IMG/VR virus record: IMGVR_UViG_3300003690_002946
Span: 1-57,482 of that record
Reading direction: 5' to 3' (one strand)
Length of the DNA: 57,482 bases
From: a virus
Lineage: Duplodnaviria; Caudoviricetes
Shown: one piece after another, positions 7,882-17,216 of the stretch
Numbering within the stretch: the stretch's first letter is position 1
Layout: the number at the start of each line of letters is the position of its first letter
Translations under genes and position numbers: made by a program
The notes under the pieces: generated by a model
Told to the model about the DNA's origin: nothing
The model's input: the letters and a program-made list of their open reading frames with translations, nothing else
The model's database searches: none

Positions 7882-10800
7882 TGGTGAACGAATTACTGGA
7901 CCGCAGCGCAGTTCTGGTCATTCTGGGCGTCTACCTAACCGGATTCCTGCTGGTCGGACTGGTGATCTGGTTCATTCAGTCACAGTAGTCATTCCTGTCT
8001 ACAACCACTGGGACGATCTGACCAAACCACTCCTTGACAATCTCTCCGAGACGCTTCGTGGTCTCGACTACGAGATTATCGTCAGCAATGACGGCAGCAC
8101 TGATGCCACAAAGGATCAGCACGATCAGGACCGAGTGCACTTCGTACATCATCCTGAGAACACGGGCTTTGCGGCCACTTGCAACCGCGGGGCTAAGGTG
8201 GCTCTTGGCAAAGTGCTGATCTTCCTGAATAATGACACCACCCCACTGGATGGCTGGGTGGAACCACTCCTCGATAGCCTGGACCGCAATATCGGGCTGG
8301 TAGGGCCTCGGATTATCAATGAGCAAGTCTCTACTGTGCATGACAAGCTCCCACTGGTTGGTGCCTGTTTCGCGCTTACACGCGCTCTCTTTGAGGAACT
8401 GGGCGGGTTCGATGAGACCTTTCGGCATGGTGGCGAGGACTTCGATCTGATCTTCCGAGTACACCAGAGTGGTCGCAGTCTGGCACGTAATCAGCAGTCG
8501 GTTGTGAAGCACCAGATTGGTGGCTCGAATGACCAGATTGATCCAGATGAACTAGAAGGGTGGATACAGGCTGGGATTGCCACATTGAACAAGCGCTATC
8601 CTGATTTATTTCCGCTGTGGCCGAGTAATGAGCCTGGTCCTGTTGAAGCAACCAGTATCCCAGTCTATAAAATCCCTGGTATTACGTTCTCTATCGTGAT
8701 CCCAGCCTATAACCACTGGGCCGACCTCACGCAACCACTGCTTGACCATCTGTTTACTGATCCCGATATACAAGAGCAAGCTGAAGTAATTGTGGTAGAT
8801 GATGGTTCTGATGACCAGACCCGCAATGTAGAGAAATATGGGTTAGCACGAGTGCTCCACCAGCCTGAGAACATGGGGATCGCACGCGCACTCAACGCGG
8901 GCTTTGCTGAGGCCAAAGGGAACTATCTGTTGGTATTAGCCAACGATACTCAACCCGAGGTTGGCTGGCTCTCCAAGATGCTTGCGGTGATGGAGGAACA
9001 TCCTGAGATTGGTGTGCTGGCACCAATCTATGACCAAGAGGATTCCAGTCTTACTGCGGAGCATCTAGGCATTATTGGTGCCTGTATGATGATCCGGCGG
9101 AAGTGCTACTTGGAAGTGGATGGCTTTGATAATGACCTCGTGCGCTGTGGTGGTGAGGACATAGATTTCTTGTTACGGGTGGAACAGACCAAATGGAAGT
9201 TGGGTACAGCGCCAGAGGCAACTGTGTGGCATCAGGGTAGCGCAACACTGGGCCAGTTTGACCTTGAGCGCAAGAAAGCCTGGGATGAAGCTGGCGATGC
9301 TCACCTAAAACGGAAGTGGGGGAAGATGACCAATATACCTAAACCTCTTGTCTCGATCATTATTCCAGCCTATAACCATTGGGAAGACTGTACCGAGCCA
9401 TTGCTGAATATCCTGAGAGAGCAGTCACCACAAGCAGTGGAAGTGATCGTGGTGGATGACGGCTCGACGGACCAGACCGCTACGATGCACGGCGAGAAGC
9501 TAGGCAAGGTGGTTCATCGGAAGGCCCGAGGTGGATTTGCCGCGGCCTGCAATAGCGGGGCTGCGGTAGCCCAGGGTGACTACCTGGTGTTCCTGAACAA
9601 TGATACGGAACCACAGGACGGCTGGTTGGGGCCGCTCATCAAGGAGTTGGAGGGCCAGAAGGTAGGGATTGCTGCGCCAGTTATCCTGACCGAGACACGG
9701 GCCGTTGGTAGCCTTGGATTGGTGCAGGGCACCGATGGCACCTGGGCACATGGAAAGGCGCATGTAGATGGCCAGGATACAAGCGTCCCTGCCGTAACGG
9801 GAGCCTGTCTTGCCATTCGCAAGGATGTGTTCTGGGAGGTTGGTGGCTGGGATGAAGGGTTTATTGGTGGTGGCGGGTGCGATGATGTTGACCTGTGCCT
9901 GCGAGTTCGACGGGTAGGCCTCCGGGTGCACGTGGTCCCCAGCGCAAGTGTGCTTCACCGAGAGGGCAGCACCCGTTTCCTCTTGCCTGAGACACAAGCC
10001 GAGATCAAGCAGAACCAGGCACGGCTCCAGGAACGCTGGAGTGATGCTGGAACAACCGTTCCAACGACAGAGTGGGCATGGCACGGCCCCAGCAACCCTG
10101 CCCAAGGTGGCTCACTGGCCGTGATCAACCAGGAGGTCACGAAACGGCTGGGGATTACGCTGACTGCGGCACCGTCCGATGAGCCTGTGGATGTGCTTGT
10201 ACAGCACTACTGGCCAGGAGAGGATGCCCCTGAACGGCCAAGCAACGTCAAACACTGGCTGGTGATCCAACCCTGGGAGATGGGCAAGCCACCCGCAAGT
10301 TTCCTGGAACGCTATCTGGATGCGGATCGGCTGATTGTTCCCTCGGAATACTGCCGAGCCATCTGGGTTGATGCGGGCTTTCCATCCGAGAAGGTGGCGG
10401 TGATCCCGAATGGTGTAGATACCAAGCGGTTCTGCCCAGGACCAGATGCAATACTCAAGGAGTTTCAGGTACTCTCTTTGGGTGGGACAATCTGGCGCAA
10501 GGGCTGGTCGAACCCGGACATTCTCCTTGAGGCATGGCAGCAAGCCTTTACCAAGGGAGATAGAGCAAGTCTCCTGGTGAAGGATCAAGGGACCGAGAGC
10601 TTCTATCAGGGTCAAAGCGCACGGGAGCGGATTATCGGACTCGTGGACTATAGCGATGCAGACCTGAGCACTGAGGAGCTGGTGCTCCACTACCAGAGTG
10701 CAGACCTCCTGGTAGCACCATCACGAGCCGAAGCGTTCTGTATGCCCGTGCTAGAGGCGATGGCTTGCGGGGTGCCTGTGATTGTGCCCGCAGGTGGGCC

Positions 10801-11044
10801 AACCGATGAGTTTGTTGGGATGGACTACCCCTTGCGTGTGCCTGTCGAGTGGAAGGAGGACATACGCGGAAAATGGTACGAATGCGACCCAACCGCACTA
10901 GCTCAACAGATGCGCTGGGTGTATGAGCACCGTGAGGAGGCGCGTGCCCTGGGTAAACAGTTACGTGAGCAGGCATTGCCCTATAGCTGGGACCGTATTG
11001 CAGCTCAATACAAAACGCTGATTGAGGAGACAACACGTGGCTAG
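7871..11044 (+). CDS. Multidomain glycosyltransferase: three GT2 domains plus C-terminal GT4
   Basis: Three (S/T)xxIPxYNHW..DGS..ND..(GED/DD) units, then VIPNGVD, PSRAEAFCMPVLEAMACG; start uncertain (TTG 7871 with GGAG SD chosen). Confidence 0.9.
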   Translation: MGDSGERITGPQRSSGHSGRLPNRIPAGRTGDLVHSVTVVIPVYNHWDDLTKPLLDNLSETLRGLDYEIIVSNDGSTDATKDQHDQDRVHFVHHPENTGFAATCNRGAKVALGKVLIFLNNDTTPLDGWVEPLLDSLDRNIGLVGPRIINEQVSTVHDKLPLVGACFALTRALFEELGGFDETFRHGGEDFDLIFRVHQSGRSLARNQQSVVKHQIGGSNDQIDPDELEGWIQAGIATLNKRYPDLFPLWPSNEPGPVEATSIPVYKIPGITFSIVIPAYNHWADLTQPLLDHLFTDPDIQEQAEVIVVDDGSDDQTRNVEKYGLARVLHQPENMGIARALNAGFAEAKGNYLLVLANDTQPEVGWLSKMLAVMEEHPEIGVLAPIYDQEDSSLTAEHLGIIGACMMIRRKCYLEVDGFDNDLVRCGGEDIDFLLRVEQTKWKLGTAPEATVWHQGSATLGQFDLERKKAWDEAGDAHLKRKWGKMTNIPKPLVSIIIPAYNHWEDCTEPLLNILREQSPQAVEVIVVDDGSTDQTATMHGEKLGKVVHRKARGGFAAACNSGAAVAQGDYLVFLNNDTEPQDGWLGPLIKELEGQKVGIAAPVILTETRAVGSLGLVQGTDGTWAHGKAHVDGQDTSVPAVTGACLAIRKDVFWEVGGWDEGFIGGGGCDDVDLCLRVRRVGLRVHVVPSASVLHREGSTRFLLPETQAEIKQNQARLQERWSDAGTTVPTTEWAWHGPSNPAQGGSLAVINQEVTKRLGITLTAAPSDEPVDVLVQHYWPGEDAPERPSNVKHWLVIQPWEMGKPPASFLERYLDADRLIVPSEYCRAIWVDAGFPSEKVAVIPNGVDTKRFCPGPDAILKEFQVLSLGGTIWRKGWSNPDILLEAWQQAFTKGDRASLLVKDQGTESFYQGQSARERIIGLVDYSDADLSTEELVLHYQSADLLVAPSRAEAFCMPVLEAMACGVPVIVPAGGPTDEFVGMDYPLRVPVEWKEDIRGKWYECDPTALAQQMRWVYEHREEARALGKQLREQALPYSWDRIAAQYKTLIEETTRG
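7881..7988 (+). CDS. Nested +1-frame single-pass membrane peptide (35 aa)
   Basis: GTG overlaps TAG of upstream gene; MVNELLDRSAVLVILGVYLTGFLLVGLVIWFIQSQ. Confidence 0.5.
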   Translation: MVNELLDRSAVLVILGVYLTGFLLVGLVIWFIQSQ

Positions 11045-11531
11045 GCCAAAACGCGACCTGAAGAACATCTCTGTCCAGCTCGAACCCGACATCGCAGAGC
11101 ACCTCACTGCTAAGGCCAAGGTTGATGGGGTGAGCCGGAATACGGCTGCGGTGGCAGCTATCGTGCGGTCCCTGGATGCTCCGCCTATTTCCGAGGATAT
11201 GCTCCCACTTGGTGAGGACGAGGAACGACTGGAGCTGGTTCTGCCCAGAGCGGTTGGGGATAAGCTGCGAACCTATGCTCAAGAGAACAATATCAGCTTT
11301 GGGGCAGCTGTCCAGCGCGGTATCGCTGAAGAAGTGGGTATGAGCGACCCCAGGTTTGCTCGCTTGAGGATGCCCGTCAAGCTCTGGAATATGATTGGCG
11401 AGGTGGCCCAGAACCGAGCGGGCTTTGTGGTCAACGCGATTGAAACGGCTCTGAAGCCACCAGAGAAAGAGGCGGTCACTGCTCGATCCACATTTGCGGT
11501 ACCAGGCCCGGCACGGAGGATCATCGGTTGA
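11037..11531 (+). CDS. Protein with tandem RHH-like DNA-binding units
   Basis: ISVQLEPD..GVSRN, LELVLPRA..NISFG, RLRMPVKLW..; GAGGAG SD. Confidence 0.65.
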   Translation: MARPKRDLKNISVQLEPDIAEHLTAKAKVDGVSRNTAAVAAIVRSLDAPPISEDMLPLGEDEERLELVLPRAVGDKLRTYAQENNISFGAAVQRGIAEEVGMSDPRFARLRMPVKLWNMIGEVAQNRAGFVVNAIETALKPPEKEAVTARSTFAVPGPARRIIG

Positions 11532-12397
11532 GCGTGGAGATCATAGCGGACTTGGGGAGCAACTGGCGGGCAGGACCGGACGAACCACTGGGTAAAGGGT
11601 TGGATCGCTGGCTCCAGGCAATTGCCTGGGTGAAAGAGGCTGGGGCAACGGCCATCAAGGGCCAGTGTATGCGCCCCAGCATCTACCCTGCTGGCTTCAT
11701 GGTGAAGGGCTTTGGCCAGCCCCTCGACGAGTATGTCGCGCCCTATGAGGTGCCCGACGAGTGGTGGCCAATCATCCGACGAGAGTGTGTCAAGTGGGAT
11801 ATCGAGTTCATGTGCTCGGTGTTCCTACCTGAAGATGTGGCGCTGATTGACCCGTTGGTCCAGAGGCACAAGATCGCCAGCTTCGAGCTTGGACATACCA
11901 AGCTCTTGGAGACGGTACGCGCCACAGGCAAGCCCGTTCTTCTCAGTACGGGTGCGAGCGCCTTTGGCCAGGTCACGGCTGCTGCCAGGGTGATGAACGC
12001 CACCAACTCCCCTACCGTGCGCTACCCCATCACCATGCTCCATTGCGTGTCCAGCTATCCTGCTACCCCAGAGCAAATGAACCTGCTGGTCATTGATGAC
12101 CTCCAGTGTCTGCCAGGGTGCGGGCGTGGACTGTCTGACCATACTCGCGGGAGTTCGTCTACGGCTGCGGTCATAGCGGTAGCCCTGGGTGCCAGTGTTA
12201 TCGAGAAGCATGTGACCGAGCACCACAACCTGGGCAGTCCCGATGCCCACTTCTCAGCGGAACCAGAGGAGTTCAAGCAGTACGTGGCCGATATACGAGA
12301 TGCAGAGGCGATGATCCTGGGCGGGACCAAGAAGCCACAACCTGGCGAGTGGCGCCACATGAAGTATTCGCACGCTACAGGGAAACGAGGGATATGA
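11528..12397 (+). CDS. pseI: Nonulosonic acid synthase (NeuB/PseI family), no C-terminal SAF domain
   Basis: EIIADLGSN, KIASFE, LLSTG, LHCVSSYP, GLSDHT, IEKH, D.HFS. Confidence 0.9.
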   Translation: MSVEIIADLGSNWRAGPDEPLGKGLDRWLQAIAWVKEAGATAIKGQCMRPSIYPAGFMVKGFGQPLDEYVAPYEVPDEWWPIIRRECVKWDIEFMCSVFLPEDVALIDPLVQRHKIASFELGHTKLLETVRATGKPVLLSTGASAFGQVTAAARVMNATNSPTVRYPITMLHCVSSYPATPEQMNLLVIDDLQCLPGCGRGLSDHTRGSSSTAAVIAVALGASVIEKHVTEHHNLGSPDAHFSAEPEEFKQYVADIRDAEAMILGGTKKPQPGEWRHMKYSHATGKRGI

Positions 12398-13032
12398 ACG
12401 TCCTAGCAGTGTTTGCCCATCCTGACGATGAAGTGCTCGCTGCTGGTGGGAGCCTGGCCAAACACGCTGTAGCGGGTGATGATGTGCGTGTGGTCCTGCT
12501 ATCGCACGCTGCGCCCAGCCGTGGGCATGATACCGCAGTGCTGGCCATCAATGCAGCAGAAATTGGTGGATGGGATGTGCGATGGGCTTGGAGCTATCCC
12601 GACCAGAAGTTCGATACGGTGCCATTCCTTGATCTGGCCCAGTGTATTGAGACAACCATCCAGGATGTCAAGCCCTCGATAATCTACACCCACTGGATAG
12701 GAGACTTGAATATAGACCACAAGCTGACGGCTCAGGCGGTGCTTACCGCAGCACGGCCACTGCCAGGATCAACCGTGCAAATGGTCCTGGGTGGTGAGGT
12801 GCTGAGTTCAACAGAATGGGGAGACAAGTCATTCGCTCCAACCGTGTTTGTGTCTCTCTCAACCGAACATGCCGCGCTACGGTGGGATGCGCTGGAGTGC
12901 TATGGCAAGGAGATGCGTGACCATCCTCATGCACGTAGCCTCAGACAAGCGCATCGGCAGCTGGAGTGGCGAGGTGCCCAGTGTGGGAGCGACCTCGCCG
13001 AAGCATTCTTCTGCTATAGGCAGATACGGTGA
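12394..13032 (+). CDS. PIG-L/LmbE family de-N-acetylase
   Basis: AHPDDE, YTH..DLNIDH, AEAF. Confidence 0.9.
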   Translation: MNVLAVFAHPDDEVLAAGGSLAKHAVAGDDVRVVLLSHAAPSRGHDTAVLAINAAEIGGWDVRWAWSYPDQKFDTVPFLDLAQCIETTIQDVKPSIIYTHWIGDLNIDHKLTAQAVLTAARPLPGSTVQMVLGGEVLSSTEWGDKSFAPTVFVSLSTEHAALRWDALECYGKEMRDHPHARSLRQAHRQLEWRGAQCGSDLAEAFFCYRQIR

Positions 13033-13694
13033 AGATACTGGTTGCAGGTAGCCAGCACCCCTGGGTCAAGAAGGCACTTGCCGAGTGGGTTGTCCCAGGG
13101 GCTGAAGTCTATACCGATACCCTGGTGAATATGACCGGAGCCGACTATATCCTGTTCCCGCATTTCTCCGACCGTATCCCACGAGAGATACATGAGAACT
13201 ACGAGTGTATTGGCTGGCACATGACTGCGTTGCCTGATGCCCGTGGAGGGACACCACTCCAGAACCTGATCCTGGCGGGCCAAACAGAGACCGTCATAAC
13301 CGCGTTTCGGATAACCGAGGGCATGGATGCGGGGCCAATCTACCTTCAACGGCCACTACAACTCTATGGCAGTGCGGAAGAAGTCTACTTGCGTATGAGT
13401 AGGCAGGCCCTTGCTATGGCGAATGACATTATCGCCAACCAACTGGTGCCACACGCGCAGAGGGCAATAACGCCCACGGATCGCCTGTTCAGGCGCCGCA
13501 CGCCTGCCCAGAGCGCAATACCCAGGAATGTTTCGCTTGCTCAAGCGTATGACCATATCAGGATGCTTGATGCTCACGGGTACCCTGCCTCGTTCATTGA
13601 CTGGGATCAGCTCCAGGTGGTGTTCACGCAGGCCACACGGTACACAGACCGGGTTGAGGCGCATGTCGTCATAAAGGAGAAGCCGAGTGCCTAG
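13029..13694 (+). CDS. Sugar N-formyltransferase
   Basis: WHMTALPDARGGTPLQNLI, MDAGPI, YDHIRMLDA.GYP. Confidence 0.85.
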   Translation: MKILVAGSQHPWVKKALAEWVVPGAEVYTDTLVNMTGADYILFPHFSDRIPREIHENYECIGWHMTALPDARGGTPLQNLILAGQTETVITAFRITEGMDAGPIYLQRPLQLYGSAEEVYLRMSRQALAMANDIIANQLVPHAQRAITPTDRLFRRRTPAQSAIPRNVSLAQAYDHIRMLDAHGYPASFIDWDQLQVVFTQATRYTDRVEAHVVIKEKPSA

Positions 13695-14457
13695 CACCCT
13701 GAATAATCGGGCCTTCTGGGATAGCCCTGATGGAGTGGAACGAGCACGCAGTTATGATAGTGGCTTGCGAGCATTAGATGAATTAGCCATCCAGTCAGCG
13801 GTAAAGAACTCAATCAGACCAAAGCAGCGCATCCTCGATGCAGGATGTGGCACTGGCGGACTGGCTCGCAGGCTTGCACTCGCCCATCCCAGCTATACCG
13901 TGGAAGGGATTGACCAGTCCACGGCAATGATCGCAGCAACCAACGCAGAAGGGTGTGCACGGCTGTCATTCCGGCAGCAGGACTTGCTGGACCTCATGGA
14001 CCAACCAGAGCAATACGACTTGATCTATACCCAGCAGGTGATCATCAACTTCCCAACCTGGGCAGAACAACGCGAGGCGCTCCTGGCCATTGCAACGGCC
14101 TTGAAGCCCAATGGACGCTACCTGATGTGTGAAAGTATCAAGGAGGGGCTGGATGCAATCAATCGTACTCGGAAGTGGGTAGGGCTATCGGAGATTGTGC
14201 CTCCCGCGATGGCTCGGTACCTGTGGACGAGCCAGTTGGACCGCTTGCAAGTGGGCTTGTTGAACTCCCACCGTGAGCCGTTCTCCAGCGAATACTACTT
14301 CATCAGCAGGGTAGTGAACGCATGGCTGGCATTGTGTGAGGGGAAAGACCCAAACTACGATGCTCAAGTCAATCACCTGGGGATGACCCTGCCAGCGGGT
14401 GTGGTGAGCGATACGTTTGCTCAGACGCAGCTCTGGACCTGGCAAAAGGAGTTCTAG
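13687..14457 (+). CDS. Class I SAM-dependent methyltransferase
   Basis: ILDAGCGTG, GIDQS..MI, LKPNG. Confidence 0.85.
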   Translation: MPSTLNNRAFWDSPDGVERARSYDSGLRALDELAIQSAVKNSIRPKQRILDAGCGTGGLARRLALAHPSYTVEGIDQSTAMIAATNAEGCARLSFRQQDLLDLMDQPEQYDLIYTQQVIINFPTWAEQREALLAIATALKPNGRYLMCESIKEGLDAINRTRKWVGLSEIVPPAMARYLWTSQLDRLQVGLLNSHREPFSSEYYFISRVVNAWLALCEGKDPNYDAQVNHLGMTLPAGVVSDTFAQTQLWTWQKEF

Positions 14458-15818
14458 TGAAGAGACTACCAGGCGGTGGAAGCACCCTGTCGCGCTACTG
14501 GGACCAATTCCCATCCAATGCCCCTCGTAACCTAGTACGCGGTGAGGGAGTAGTGGTCTGGGACAGTAATGGCAAGTCCTACCTGGACTGGACCAGTAGT
14601 CTCTGTGCCAACCTGTTGGGCTATAACCATCCAGGCGTGACTGGAGAGGTGGTAAAGCATCTGACCACTGCGGGCGGTCCTTCCTGGCCACTCACGCATC
14701 CACTCGAAGAAGAGGTTGCGGAGACGCTGTGCGAGATGGCGGGCTTTGAGCAGGGGCAAGTGCGATTCTTAAAGACTGGGAGTGATGCTTGCTCTGCGGC
14801 CATTCGGATAGCGCGTGCGGTTACAGGCCGGGAGCTGATCCTGTCAGCGGGCTATCATGGCTGGCATGACCAGTTTGTGGCCCCTACACCTCCATCCTGG
14901 GGTATCCCCGAAGGCGTGAAGAAGCTGATCTTTGACATTCCCTATGGCGACCTGGATGCTATGCAGCGTGTGACCTATGGGCTGGAGCCGGATACCGGGA
15001 AAGAGTTTCCTCGTGGTGGGACCATCCCCAAGATTGCTGCAATTATCGTGGAGCCTGTCCTTCTCGACCAGCCACCACCAGGGTACTTGCAGGGGCTACG
15101 AGAGCTGGCCAACCGAGAAGGGGCACTCCTGATCTTTGACGAGACCATCACGGGCGGGCGGTTCACCGAGTTCACGGCTGGGCAGCAGTATGGCGTGGAG
15201 CCTGACCTCCTGGTCCTGGGCAAGGGGATTGCCAATGGCTGGCCACTTGCGTGCGTGATTGGGAACGACCCCATCATGCGATGTTTGGCACAGGGCTGGG
15301 CAAGCAACGACTCCGATGTGAGCGGGCCAGTGTTTGTGAGTGGCACGTTTGGCCCAGAGACAGGCTCGCTGGTTGCTGCCCAGGCTACGCTGAGTATCTG
15401 GACACCCGCTGTGGCTGCACACATCCAGGATATAACCGCCACCCTGAAGACGAGCCTGACCGAGGTAACCCGTGCGGTTGGCCTAGAGCAGGAGGTCACG
15501 CTGGAAGGCTCCCTGTTCCGGCTGCTGCTGCGGATACCTGACAAGGTGTCTCGAACAATCGTTCTCTATGGGCTGATGCGTGACGAGATACTGCTGGGAC
15601 CAGGGTTCAATCCCAGTGCTGCTCATACAATCCTGGACGTGCTAGGGACACGGGATATGTTCAAGAAGGCACTCGTTACCCTGAACCGTGTGAGCCACGA
15701 GCAGTGGGCTGCGGTACTCGATGGGGAAATCATCCAGAATGCCTATCGCCCCGTGGCCCTGGCTCCTGGCTATGGCGAGGATAGCGGTATTGAGGGGGAT
15801 ACAGATCATAATGGCTAG
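14457..15818 (+). CDS. Class III PLP aminotransferase
   Basis: LLGYNHP, KTGSDA, GYHGWHD, LIFDETITG, PDL..LGKGIANG. Confidence 0.9.
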   Translation: MKRLPGGGSTLSRYWDQFPSNAPRNLVRGEGVVVWDSNGKSYLDWTSSLCANLLGYNHPGVTGEVVKHLTTAGGPSWPLTHPLEEEVAETLCEMAGFEQGQVRFLKTGSDACSAAIRIARAVTGRELILSAGYHGWHDQFVAPTPPSWGIPEGVKKLIFDIPYGDLDAMQRVTYGLEPDTGKEFPRGGTIPKIAAIIVEPVLLDQPPPGYLQGLRELANREGALLIFDETITGGRFTEFTAGQQYGVEPDLLVLGKGIANGWPLACVIGNDPIMRCLAQGWASNDSDVSGPVFVSGTFGPETGSLVAAQATLSIWTPAVAAHIQDITATLKTSLTEVTRAVGLEQEVTLEGSLFRLLLRIPDKVSRTIVLYGLMRDEILLGPGFNPSAAHTILDVLGTRDMFKKALVTLNRVSHEQWAAVLDGEIIQNAYRPVALAPGYGEDSGIEGDTDHNG

Positions 15819-15827
15819 GAGGACAGC

Positions 15828-16568
15828 ATGAAGGTATGCTGCATTGTCCAAGCCCGGCTGGAGAGCGAGCGGTTCCCGTTGAAGCTGCTCCACGACATTG
15901 ACGGTATCCCCATGATCCGGTTCATGCTCCGGCGCCTCGCGGCGAGTCAATCCCTGGATGCGATTGAGATGGTGATGCCTCGGACCTGGGGCAGTAGCGC
16001 CCTGATCGCGGCCATAGAAGTTATGCCTGAGCTGATAACGTCCGTGCACGAGGGCGACCCGAACGATGTTCTCAGCCGCTATGCGACCACCGCAGAGTGG
16101 TTCGAGGCTGATACCGTGGTGCGGGTTACAGGCGACTGCCCACTGATTGACCCCGATGTGGTGGACCACTGCGTTACAACCTTCCAGGATGGGGACTTTG
16201 ACTATCTGCGAACGGGGACCACCTACCCGGAGGGGCTGGATGTGGAGGTCTTCAGCCATGATGCGCTGCGGTGGGCACACGAGAACACCACCGATATAGC
16301 CGAGCGTGAGCACGTGACGGGAATGATCTGGAAGAACCCGGAGCGGTTCAAGCAAGAGACGGTCGAGCTTCCTGCCATTGCGGGCTATCTGCGTCTGACC
16401 GTGGATCATCCAGCCGACCTGGATGTGGTCCGAGCAGTGGTGGCCAAGCTGGGACCAGATGCACGCCTACAGGAGATACTGGCATTGGCGACCACCAATC
16501 CCAGCATCTTCGAGCCGAACCAGCATATCGGCCGGAACGCTAAGTATGCCGTGTTTACAGGCGAGTGA
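15828..16568 (+). CDS. SpsF/PseF-type nonulosonate cytidylyltransferase
   Basis: IVQAR..S.RFP.K, DVLSRY, VRVTGDCPLIDP, REHVT, RLTVD. Confidence 0.9.
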   Translation: MKVCCIVQARLESERFPLKLLHDIDGIPMIRFMLRRLAASQSLDAIEMVMPRTWGSSALIAAIEVMPELITSVHEGDPNDVLSRYATTAEWFEADTVVRVTGDCPLIDPDVVDHCVTTFQDGDFDYLRTGTTYPEGLDVEVFSHDALRWAHENTTDIAEREHVTGMIWKNPERFKQETVELPAIAGYLRLTVDHPADLDVVRAVVAKLGPDARLQEILALATTNPSIFEPNQHIGRNAKYAVFTGE

Positions 16569-17173
16569 TGGATCGCATACTGTATCTGGGACCACCAGCG
16601 CCACTGGTGCAGTGGCTTGCCGAACGCGAGAAGGTGGTCAAGCATATCGAGGAGCCACTAGAGCTTGAGCAGCTCCAAGCCTACAGGCCTGACTGGATCA
16701 TCTCGTACAACTACCAGCATATCCTCGGCAGGGCAGTGGTTGAGGCCTACCGGGGAATGATCATCAATCTCCATATTGGCTACCTACCCTGGAATAGAGG
16801 GCAGCACCCGAATGTCTGGGCATGGCTTGAAGGATCGCCACAGGGCGTGACCATCCACCAGATTGATAAAGGAGTGGATACAGGCCCAATCCTCTGCCAG
16901 TTACGGGTGCCCGCACACAAGGATGATACCTTCAGAACAAGCTATGAGCGGTTACAGACATGGATACAGCGGCTGTTCAAGTCACGCTGGTTAGTGATAA
17001 AGAGCAAAGAGGTCACACCAAGAGCGCAAGTGAGCAAGGGTACGCTCCATAGAACAAAAGACCTAGATGCTATCTGGCATCTGTTCTCAGATGGGTTTGA
17101 CACGCCAGTCATGGATGTAATAGATGGGTACAAGCAGTTTGGAGCAGTAATGGCAGGGAAAGCTAGGTGCTGA
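16568..17173 (+). CDS. N-formyltransferase (PseJ-like)
   Basis: ISYNY.HI, INLHIGYLPWNRG.HPN.W, VDTGPI. Confidence 0.88.
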   Translation: MDRILYLGPPAPLVQWLAEREKVVKHIEEPLELEQLQAYRPDWIISYNYQHILGRAVVEAYRGMIINLHIGYLPWNRGQHPNVWAWLEGSPQGVTIHQIDKGVDTGPILCQLRVPAHKDDTFRTSYERLQTWIQRLFKSRWLVIKSKEVTPRAQVSKGTLHRTKDLDAIWHLFSDGFDTPVMDVIDGYKQFGAVMAGKARC

Positions 17174-17216
17174 GTAGCGGAGCAGAGAGCTTTGCCGATA
17201 AGTCAACCTGGCGGTT

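Noticed and set aside
15772-15831. 19-aa +1-frame ORF at the end of the aminotransferase
   Set aside because: Too short and no SD; the next gene has its own AGGAGG, so chance is likely
13029-17173. fmt/purN and hemL labels for the formyltransferases and aminotransferase
   Set aside because: They are coupled inside a nucleotide-sugar block and the formyltransferases are shorter than Fmt; sugar tailoring fits better
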